Positions 12,054 through 21,418 of a DNA stretch of 64,000 nt are shown here, piece after piece. The stretch lies in NCBI GenBank assembly GCA_043228905.1, contig JBHGNT010000006.1:4650001-4714000 (forward strand), written 5' to 3'. The position numbers were made by a program, and so were the translations under genes. The stretch's first letter is position 1. Every line of letters begins with the position of its first letter. The notes beneath the pieces are model-generated. The model worked only from the letters and a program-made list of their open reading frames with translations. It did not search any database and was not told the origin of the DNA. This DNA is from Azolla caroliniana (Eukaryota; Plantae; Polypodiophyta).

Positions 12054-13070
12054 AGGGCGGAACGGAGTCCGGTCCTACGGGATCCCCACACTTAACCAGA
12101 GACTCTGGCAGTTCGGCCAACGTGGCAACATGAGACTGAGAGAGAAGGGTGGTGGCGGCGGGAAACGGGTCCCGACTATGCGAAAGACACGAGGAGAGTC
12201 CGGGAGGGACTCAAACAAAAGACACCCGAATTACGGCAGGCATAGAAACGGAGTCCGGTCCTATGGGACCCTCACACCGATCCAAAGACCCCGGCTGATC
12301 GGCCAACACGGCAACGTAAGACCGATGGAGAAGGACGGTGGTGGCAGGGAACGAGACCCGACAACACGAGGTAGTGGATAGGGAGCCGGTAAGACGGGCG
12401 GACGAAGTGCAAAACCCTCACCGGCCAGTCACGGTTTCGGAAGGAGCCGGTAGGGGCAAACACGGGGAGGTGTGTCTGGCCGAAAAGGCACACCTTGGAC
12501 AGAACAAGAGCCTCGCAAGTGGCCATCGCGGGCCGGATCGAAGCGTGACTACGGGACGGTGTTCGGTGCGGGCGGGGCCGAACGAGGTGACAAGTGCCTA
12601 GTGGACTGCACAGGGTCGGAGTCAGGGGATGGCAAGAGAGGCCAGAGGAGGATCCTCCACACTCGCTTCGTAGATCTCGGTAGCTCCGTCGAAGTAGCGA
12701 AGACTGACACGGCAAGCCGGGATGACAAGCTGGTGGGGGCGAGGGGACGACGGCAAGCGGAAGACTCACGACCTATTGCGGCAGCACGAAGACGGGAAGG
12801 GCCAAGCGGGCTACTACGGGGTGTTCCTCGGATGCAAAGGACACCAGTATGCGGGTGAGCGGCGATGCACGATCTAGCCGGAAAGGGGGCCGACAAGGAG
12901 TGCAACACATGCAGTGCCAAACAACGGACGAGGGTATGCGGCACACGGAGGTGCCGGAGTGGAAAGGCAAGCGTGGAAATAGGTTGCGCGGTTCGGAGGT
13001 AGCGCGGAGAAGGCCGGAAAGGGGATCCTCCACACCGTTCTGGAGACCATGGCGGTTCGAGCCGACGCGG

Positions 13071-13510
13071 TGTCGTGAAGAAAACCGTCCACAAGTGGAA
13101 TCGGTGCGCCGGAGCGTAGGAACCGGGTCTTCTTGCGTGTTGTACATAAGAGAGAATGTTGTACATAGAAGATCCTAGGTAGGTAGATTCGGTAGGTAGG
13201 GAGTTAATGGGAAACGGCTCCTTCCTTGCTTATAAAAGGAGTGAGACGAGGAGGGGCGCGGGATCGGGGGGGGAAGGAGGAGATGACGAAGTGCTGTCGG
13301 ATTGTGGGCCGAAGGCTTCTCTCTCTTCCAAACTCCATAGCTCCTTTTTGTGAGGTTTCGGGAGGCTCGCGCTGCTCTGAGGAATGCCCAGTGCTTCCGG
13401 CAGCACCTCCAACCTACTCCTTTCTTTCTGTGCGTTTACGAATAGGCATCAGCATCTGTTCGCCGGCCTGTTCGGTTGTAACCGATTCGTGTTCTTGTTG
13501 TTTTGTCTTG
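13071..13510 (+). mobile_element. Ty3/gypsy LTR, 3'-truncated and fused to gag sequence
   Basis: Starts TGTCGTGAAGAAAACCGTCCACAAG. Inverted homolog of about 13750-14162. Confidence 0.85.
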
Positions 13511-15442
13511 CGGAGAGCCGTACCTGGGAGGAGTTCGAAGACCGACTCCTAGAGAAATACGGGCTGGACGACGCTGTCAAGGTATCCCTCGTGGATGCGT
13601 GGAATGAGGCGGGACCTCGGGGGTCCTGTACCGAAGAACAAGAGAGAAAAGGAGTGGGGAACAGACCCAAAAGGTGCGAGCGTAGATTCACAGGGACACG
13701 GCCCTTCGACACAGAGAGACACGAATGTATGTAGAAATATATATAAACAAGACAAACAACAAGCACGAAGTCGGTTACAACCGAACAGGCCAGCGAACAG
13801 ATGCCGATGCCTGTTCGTAAACGTACAGAAAGGAAGAAGTAGGTTGGAGGTGCTGCCGGAAGCACTCGGGCATTCCTCAGAGCAGCGCGAGCCTCCCAAA
13901 ACCTGCACAGAAAGAAGCTATGGAGTTTGGAAGAGAGAGAAGCCTTCGGCCCACAATCCGACAACACTTCGTCCTCCCTTACTTTTCGATCCCCTCTCCC
14001 CTCCTTGTCTCCCTCCTTTTATAGGCAAGGGAGGAGCCGTTTCCTATTAACTTCCTACCTACCGAGGATCTTCTATGTACAACATAAGGCGCACGTGTAT
14101 GAAGAGCCGGTTCCTACGCTCCGGTGCACCAATTCCGCTTGTGGACAGTTTTCTTCACGACAACGCGCTCCGGCTTTCGAAAAGGGACTTCATGGAATGG
14201 GTGGAGTCCCCCGACAAGGGAAGAAACGCGTCGGCACTCCTTCGGGAGTTCGAAGAATGCTTTGCGCGCCTTTCGACGCTTGACCGAACCGTTCTGGATA
14301 CGAGCCGGGTCCTACTGTTCGTCAGCTCGGTGGACGAGCGGGACCGGGATCAAGTCGGCTCCTTGCTGGAAACCGAAGACGGGCTGACGACCGACTAGGC
14401 TGCGGTTAAGAGAGTCTGTGGCCGTTTCGACAAACGGCGGGAATGGGCTGACAACGGGGCGGCCGGTGCGGGCTCTGTCACAGCAAGGAGGCTTGAACTG
14501 GCACCGCAAGGGCGAAGGGAAGAAACCCGGGAATGGCTCGAAACCGGTCCGGCTTCGACCGGCATGGTCAATGGCTCGTCCGGAGGAGCAGCGGTGGAGG
14601 AGTTGACGCGGGCGATAAAGGATCTCCAGATCGCCCAGACTCGAAGGGAAGGCGGCGAACCGGCTCGTGACCGACGGCCGGCAGTAGGGAACAGGTGCAT
14701 GTGGTGCGACGAGGTCGGCCACATTCGGAAGGATTGCGGCGATTTCGCAGAGGCGTTGAGGAATCGGGTGGTGTACCTGTGGGAAAGCCGGGTGCACGCC
14801 GGCGACACCAGAAGGGCCCTAAACCGAAACGACGGGCGAGGAGGTATGAAGAGACTGATGGAAGAAGCAGCGGCCCGACACGTGGAGGCCATCCACTACT
14901 CGGCGTCAGCCGGCATTCGGGTCGGGGGCAGCGAGGCCCGAAAGGAGAGCAAAGAAGGATTCTGGTCGGCAATGCTAGAAGGCCTCGCCGGTGCACGGTT
15001 GAGGAAAGACGAAGCGGACCGCGCCGAGAGACGGGTCCGGGAAGTAACCGGGTGGAGCGACCCGATCGAGGAGAAGACGGGCTTCGTAGAAGCCGCCTGC
15101 CGGAACTACGAGGCTCTGGTAGAAGACAAACGAGTGGGGAAAGCCGGAGCGGCCCAGCCCTCACAATGGTACGAGACCCGATTCGGGCAACGACGGAACG
15201 ATGCCGGCGGGTCCAGCGCGCAAGATAACCCCAGGAAGGAAATAGAAAGGACTACGGACCTACGAAAGGTCCTAGAAGAACGGATCCTCGAAGCAAAGTG
15301 GAGTTGTCATTACGGGAGGTGCTAGGGATCGCCAAGAAGGAGTTCCACGACTCCATTGTGGACTTGGTGAAACGAAAGAGGCTGTCGACGGAGACGGAAC
15401 CGGAAAGACCGGTGGAGGTGCGGACGACGCACATCGACGACA
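13511..15442 (+). pseudogene. gypsy gag fragment (interrupted by solo LTR)
   Basis: ESRTWEEFEDRLLEKYGLDD|ALRLSKRDFMEW..., zinc knuckle CMWCDEVGHIRKDC, ...VEVRTTHIDD. Confidence 0.88.
13575..14162 (-). mobile_element. solo LTR (Ty3/gypsy) with 4-bp TSD ACGC
   Basis: TG...CA termini. ACGC at 13571-13574 and 14163-14166. Removing the LTR plus one ACGC restores gag GAC GAC GCG CTC CGG (DDALR). Confidence 0.93.
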
Positions 15443-18400
15443 ATCCGACAATCCGACAACACTTCGTCCTCCCTTACTTTTCGATCCCCTCTCCCCTCCT
15501 TGTCTCCCTCCTTTTATAGGCAAGGGAGGAGCCATTTCCTATTAACTTCCTACCTACCGAGGATCTTCTATGTACAACATAAGGCGCACGTGTATGAAGA
15601 GCCAGTTCCTACGCTCCGGTGCACCGATTCCGCTTGTGGACGGTTTTCTTCACGACATCCGCCCCCACCTAACCGCGCATTCACCGGCATGCGCCAAATT
15701 GAGTTGGGACGGAGAAAACCGGTCCAGCCTTTATTCCCCGCCCGTCGGTTCTTCTTCGGTTTCGGATCGTTCGTCGTCCCGGTCCAGGTTATCCGGATCC
15801 AGCTCGTCGTCGTGACGCTTCTTGAACGCTTTGATCCGCTTCCCAGCTACCGGTATCGCCATTCTCGTGTCGTCGAGCTCCGCCAGATGGTACGTCCCGT
15901 TGTCGTTGGCGCTTTGTACCACGTAAGGCCCGAACCACCTTCTTGCGAACTTCCGTGTTGCTCGGTGCTGGTTGTCGAGGCTGCTGTCGTAGACTAGCAC
16001 CAAGTCGCCTTCCTCGATCTTCTTCGGTCGAACCGGGCTTTGTTCCTCATCCTTGCCACCCGAAGCTTTTCCGTAGCTCGCTCTACGTCCTCCGGTCTTC
16101 GCTCGAGCTGCCGTATGCGCGCCGTCAATAGTTCCTCCCGGCTCATCTCGTCTCTCCAGTCCACGGTTGCCCATGAGGAGATCGTATGTTCCATTGGCAT
16201 GATCGGCTTCTGCCCAAACATGAGCTCTGCCGGCATGAATCCGGTTACCGAACTATGCGTAGTTCGGTCCGCCCACAACGCGTAAGGCAACAGCCGCGGC
16301 CAGTTCCCGACTTGACCTCCGCATGCCCGAACTAACGCCTTGACAATCGGTCCGTGTCCGCGCTCCACCTTCCCATTCGCCTCCGGATTGTACGCAGTGG
16401 TAAGCGAGAGCTTGACTCCTAGCCGGTCGAACAACTCCTCGGCCTCTTCGGCGTCCAACTCCCCGCGATCAGCCACGATCTTCCCGACGCACCCATACCG
16501 GCATATCACGTCCTCGATCAGGAACCGACATACGGCCGCGGTCGTTTTGTTCTGAAGGGCTCGACCTTCCACCTGGTTCGTCAGATCTTCCCGAGCCAGG
16601 ACCAGATACCGCATCTGTCCTACGCATCGTCACCAGATCTACCATCCATTTGAAGTGGATGGTCGGAGGGTACGTAGGGTGAAGCTCGTCCCGATGCCGG
16701 ACTATGGAGTGCATCTGACAGCTCTCGCAAGTTGTCACGAACCGATGCACGTCCTAGTACAGTCCCGGCCACCAGTACTTCCCCTTTATCTTCTCGAACG
16801 TGGCCCACGTTCCACGGTGTCCGGCCCAAGGGCTGTCGTGGTAGCCCGTCAGCAGCTCCTCCTGTTCTTCCTTCATCGCCACCACCCGGAGCAGGACGTC
16901 GTTCCTCTTCTTCGGGTGCTTCCATAAGTATCCGTCCCGGAGAAAGAATCGGTAAGATTTCTTCCGGATCCGGTTGGCCTCGTCCTTCGTCCACGACGCA
17001 TCCGGCGTCATCGTCCTCAAAAATCCACCGATCTGGAGCCACTCGCCGTCGTACTTGCTCTCGTCGAAGTTGTTAAGTGTCGGAGTGCTCGTCCCATCAG
17101 TCGTCACGTACGCTGCCTCGAAGAAGTCCACGTCGACTTCTTCGTCCTCCGAAACCATGCCGCCCTCGTCATCAAACCTTGCCCTCGAAAGCATGTCGGC
17201 CATGGCGTTGTCCTTTCCGGAAATGTGCCGTATTTCCGGGTCCAGGGACTTGATGTACGCTATCCACCTGAGCATCGCCAGGTCCGGTGTCGCGCATCCG
17301 GAAACCATGCCGAGAATTGGCAGGCAATCCGTCTTGATAATCATTTCTATCCCGATCAGGTAGTCTTTGTTGGCTTTTACTGCCGAAACGATACCCCAGA
17401 GTTCGCGTTTAACCTGGGCGTACCCTCGCTGTCGCTCACTGAGGACCTTCGCGCCGAATCGGATCGGGAACCGAATGCCGTCCTCGTCTTCTTGGTTGAC
17501 GACCCATCCGATCCCGGTCGGACTCGTATCCACCGTTATGTATACCGAGGTACCCTTCTCGTAGACAGCCTTCCAGAGCGCTGGTGCTGCCGCAAGAGCT
17601 TCCTTCAGCTTCCGGACCGACTCCGTGTGCTCGTCTCGCCACTTGAATTTTCGCCCTTTCTTCAGCAACCCGTATAGCGGCTCCGCAATGTGGGCGTAAT
17701 GCGGGATCCATATGTGGTAGAACGCGCACGCCCCCAGGAACCTCCGAACTTCCGTAACCGAGCTACAGTCGGTCTTCATCGCGGAGATGGCTTCTACCTT
17801 TGCCAGAGACGGCTTCCGGCCATATGGTCCACATAGGTGTCCGACCACCAGGATTTCCGATTGTCCGAAGGCCGATTTCTCCCCGGAGAAGGTGAGCCTC
17901 GCATCCTCTAGCCTTTGTAGCACCTTCTCGCAGTCGTCGATGTGTGTCGCCACGAATCGCCGGCATCCGTCCGGCCCGACTGTCTCGTCCTTCTCCTCCA
18001 CCGGGCACCCCTTGATCGGGATGTCGTCTAGAAACGGCATGGTGATGTCCGGGATGCAATCCCTCAGTACCTTGTTCATTGCATTCACCATGTGGGCTAC
18101 CGAGTTGGTCCCTCCTTGTGGCAAGGTACACATTCGCACCAGGCCGAGGGGAGTTCGCATTGTCGTAATGTCTCTGCTCTCCACGGCTAGCTGGAACTGG
18201 TCGTACCCCGAGTACAGATCACCGACCGAGTAAATCGACCTTCCGACGAAGGCCTCTGCGAACTCGTCTATGGTCGGTCCAATTCCTGCGTTCCAAATGG
18301 TCACTCTGTTGACCGGCTGCAGGTCCTGAATGAAGCGCAATGTTCCGTTTTTCTTTGGTACGGTAAACCATCGGTTCGAGTATTGGGCACTCGACGGTTC

Positions 18401-20080
18401 GAGAATGCCCATATCGACTTTTTGCCTCAATAGCTCCATCAACTTCGGGATGTGAGCTCTCGGTACTGGAATCGGCTTGAGATTCCACGACACATGTAGT
18501 ACCGTGAATATCACCATCGGCTCCACAATCGTCGGGTCTACGCACCCGATCTCTTCCGGCGAAAACGTGAAGGCTTTCCCGTGCCTTCCGAGCATTCTCC
18601 GAAACCGGTCTTCCTCCACCGGCAGTAGGAACCCGCCCCCATCGATCTTGAGCTCCCGGAGCGTCCCATCGGTGAAGGTGTGTCCTATGCAGGCCGGATC
18701 TCGTAAACTGGGGTCCGACGCAACCCCTCTGATTCGGGACTCGCTGCCCTCCGGTAAGGGTGCCGCGACGGGCCTTACCTTCTGGTCTACAGTCTTGTAC
18801 TTCGTGCTAACTCGGGCCGTCCGATCCGACCCGAGCCCCCGACTAAAGTTCGCGATGACTTTGTACATCTCTTCGGAACATACCGGTATCGTCCGGTCTT
18901 CGTTAAGGTCTTCTCCGGCTACCTCCCCCAGCATTCCCAAGGTGTCGTCGAAGGAGACCGCCTCCACGGCTCTGCTGATTTTCTCGTCCGGGCCAAGAAC
19001 TCCGCACGCTCGAAGTCGCACTTCCGCCCTTGTCTTTTCTCGACCGACGATGCCGACTATCATACACCCTCCGTTGTTGGAGCAGCAGAATTTCCTACCT
19101 ATCGTACAGGGTTCCTTTGGTTTCGGTTCTATCGTACAGACGTGGGGTCTTTCCCGAGTGTCAGGCTATCTCAGCCCCACGCCTTGGCAGCCCTCTCTAA
19201 AAATCCTCCCAGTTCTCGCCACCGAGGGATTCGCGGTTTCTCTCGTGGTTCGGCCGCACCGTCAGAAATTGAACCGAATGGCCCCCGTCCTGGCTTTTGA
19301 CCCTCGCGTAGGCCGAACCGTTGTCCAGCACCTTGGTCTCCATTCACGCCGCCGTGATGTATGGTTCCCCTAATATGACCGGGTGCGAGGATGTCTCCTG
19401 TACGAAGAAGTGCTGGTCAATCTCGACGTCGCCGATCTTGACTCGCACGTTCGGGCAGGCCCCGTGCAGTTCCTCGGTGGCGCGCGTCGCCACCTATATC
19501 TTCCACCCGTGCTTGGTGTTGATCGGCCACTTTCCCTTCTTATAGAAGTCCATGGACATTAGGTTTATTTCCGAACCGTGGTCCACCAATGCCACCACCG
19601 GTTCCTGAACATCTCCGATCTTTACCGGGGTATCCGTGGTCGCTCGGGCCCAGTGCGGCCTTGAATAGTGTCTCTCCGCCCACACATCTTCCAACGCCAT
19701 GTCGTCGATGTGCGTCGTCCGCACCTCCACCGGTCTTTCCGGTTCCATCTCCGTCGACAGCCTCTTCCGTTTCACCAGGTCCACAATGGAGTCGTGGAAC
19801 TCCTTCTTTGCGATCCCTAGCACCTCTCGCAATGACAGCTCCACTTTGCTGTCGAGAATCCGTTCTTCAAGGACCTTTCGTAGGTCCGTAGTCCTTTCTA
19901 TTTCCGTCCCCAGTCGGTATCCGCCCTTCCTGGAGTTATCTTGCGCGCTGGACCCACCGGCATCGTTCCGTCGTTGCCCGAATCGGGTCTCGTACCGTTG
20001 TGAGGGCCCGGCCGCTCCGGCTTTCCCCACTCGTTTGTCTTCTACCAGAGCCTCGTAGTTCCGGCAGGCGGCTTCTACGA
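15443..20080 (-). mobile_element. Ty3/gypsy element C: gag C-terminus, PR, RT, RNase H, integrase, PPT, partial 3' LTR (15443-15657)
   Basis: VDHGSEIN. 769-aa pol ORF 16754-19063. Integrase core 15994-16614 (ADRGE, YNPEANGKVER). GPY-type C-terminus 15731-16174 (RRWFGPY). No chromodomain. PPT at 15658-15674. Confidence 0.93.
16754..19063 (-). CDS. gypsy Pol (RT-RNase H, start of integrase), largest intact segment
   Basis: YKTVDQKVRPV, RFIQDLQPVN, DLYSGYDQF, PFLDDIP, VDTSPTGIGW, NAMADMLSR, HDSPWAGHRG. Confidence 0.9.
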   Translation of the reverse strand: MIVGIVGREKTRAEVRLRACGVLGPDEKISRAVEAVSFDDTLGMLGEVAGEDLNEDRTIPVCSEEMYKVIANFSRGLGSDRTARVSTKYKTVDQKVRPVAAPLPEGSESRIRGVASDPSLRDPACIGHTFTDGTLRELKIDGGGFLLPVEEDRFRRMLGRHGKAFTFSPEEIGCVDPTIVEPMVIFTVLHVSWNLKPIPVPRAHIPKLMELLRQKVDMGILEPSSAQYSNRWFTVPKKNGTLRFIQDLQPVNRVTIWNAGIGPTIDEFAEAFVGRSIYSVGDLYSGYDQFQLAVESRDITTMRTPLGLVRMCTLPQGGTNSVAHMVNAMNKVLRDCIPDITMPFLDDIPIKGCPVEEKDETVGPDGCRRFVATHIDDCEKVLQRLEDARLTFSGEKSAFGQSEILVVGHLCGPYGRKPSLAKVEAISAMKTDCSSVTEVRRFLGACAFYHIWIPHYAHIAEPLYGLLKKGRKFKWRDEHTESVRKLKEALAAAPALWKAVYEKGTSVYITVDTSPTGIGWVVNQEDEDGIRFPIRFGAKVLSERQRGYAQVKRELWGIVSAVKANKDYLIGIEMIIKTDCLPILGMVSGCATPDLAMLRWIAYIKSLDPEIRHISGKDNAMADMLSRARFDDEGGMVSEDEEVDVDFFEAAYVTTDGTSTPTLNNFDESKYDGEWLQIGGFLRTMTPDASWTKDEANRIRKKSYRFFLRDGYLWKHPKKRNDVLLRVVAMKEEQEELLTGYHDSPWAGHRGTWATFEKIKGKYWWPGLY

Positions 20081-20255
20081 TCTCTCTCTCTCTCTTCACA
20101 TAATATATATCTTTTCTTATCATCACTCTCTCTCTCTCTCGATCTCTCTCTCCCTCCCTCTCACTCACTCTTTCCTTCTCTCGAGAGTTCTTCACCTCTC
20201 TTAGTACTAATACTTCTTTTAGTACTAAGTCCTTCTCTGTCTTAGTACTGTTCCC
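20081..20255. repeat. (CT)n/AT-rich filler replacing the middle of gag
   Basis: Microsatellite-like tract with three TTAGTACT motifs, lying between gag N-terminal and C-terminal sequence. Confidence 0.75.
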
Positions 20256-20831
20256 GACAAGCGTTCTTCAAACTCCCAGAGGAGCACCGGCGCGTTTCTC
20301 CCCTTTTCGGGGGTCTCCACCCATTCCATGAAGTCCCTCTTTGATAGCCGAAGCGCATCATCAAGCCCGTATTTCTCAAGGAGCCGACCTTCAAATTCTT
20401 CCTAGGTCCGGCTCTCAACCCGTACCTCGAGCACCTCCGCATGGATGCTTGGCATTGCCACCCGAGGGAATCTGGCCAGTCGCCTATCCTCCGGAATGTC
20501 CCTCATCACCATTTCGGCTCGGTAGGCCTCCAAATAGCTCGTGGCGTCCTTTCCACCGAACCAGCCTATCGTGCCGACGATCGCTTCAATGGCCCTATCG
20601 AGGGCGCCTGCACCCTCGCGCACACTCACTATCCGATCCACAACTGAAGGCATGGTTTCTGCAAGCTCCGATCCCCTCATCTTTGTATTCCTCTGCCACC
20701 AATTCACATCGGGTTCACCAAATATGTCGCGTCGTTATGCGCGTGCGTATAGAACGAGGCAGGACCACGTGGGTCTTGGACCGAGGAATATCCGATGAAG
20801 AGTAGGAGCAAGGAAGACAACGGTCGTGCTT

Positions 20832-20868
<37 letters not shown>

Positions 20869-21418
20869 TACACAGAAACCGCAACCAAATGAAACAACGG
20901 AAATGAGACGAATGCATATATGTATATATATACTCTGATGAAAAAGGGGTTACAATCGGCATGCCGGTGAGCGACAAATCTCCTACGCCTATGCACACAC
21001 ACACAGAAGAGCGAGATGGAGACTTTGCCGGAAGCACTCGGGCGTTCCGCAGAGCAGAGTCAGCCTCCCGAAAACTTGCACAGAGCAAAATACAGAGAAA
21101 GACGGAGGAGAAGAGCTCGGTCCCAATCCGACAGTACTTCGTCCTCGACAAAAGTGATCCCCATTACGATTCCTCTCCCTCTCTTTTATAGCCCAAGGAG
21201 GGAGGCCGTCACAACCCGTTACATCATCTTTATTCTCTGTCCTTTCGGACAGAGATACGCCTCGATTTTCTACCTAACAAATGCATGCTACCTAGGATAT
21301 TCATATAAGCCGACTTGTACCTAGATATATACATTACAACAAACTTGTGCCTACGTATAAGGGCTAGTTCGCACACATTATTCTCCGATTCTGCCTAGGG
21401 ACGATTTTCTCCACGACA
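20256..21418 (-). mobile_element. Ty3/gypsy element D: 5' LTR (20725-21418), Trp PBS (20704-20720), gag N-terminus
   Basis: LTR TGTCGTGGAG...ACGACGCGACA. PBS TGGTGAACCCGATGTGA. Gag WFGGKDATSYLEAYRAEM. Inserted at ACGT inside the LINE RT. Confidence 0.9.

Larger units (their letters stand above)
9193..13070 (+). mobile_element. non-autonomous Ty3/gypsy derivative B: 5' LTR (9193-9951), Trp PBS, truncated gag, GC-rich tandem repeats
   Basis: LTR TATTGTGAAG...AACAACGCGACA. PBS at 9956-9972. Gag N-terminus 9989 to about 10790 with a stop at 10346. No PR, RT or IN motifs follow. Confidence 0.8.

Noticed and set aside
11838-13060. Repeat/spacer-like periodicity resembling a CRISPR array
   Set aside because: Units are about 120 bp, degenerate, lack unique spacers, sit in a eukaryotic LTR element, and no cas genes are present.
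10790-13070. Hammerhead ribozyme or retrozyme in the non-autonomous element
   Set aside because: I found no CUGAnGA...GAAA core with flanking helices by eye. An Infernal/Rfam scan would be decisive.
18477-19373. 298-aa + strand ORF and similar long antisense ORFs (27344-27994, 11162-11932, 30136-30915)
   Set aside because: Shadow ORFs opposite GC-rich retroelement sequence, with no domain motifs.
15443-21418. A single full-length gypsy element
   Set aside because: The 5' and 3' LTRs belong to different subfamilies and gag is broken by filler DNA.
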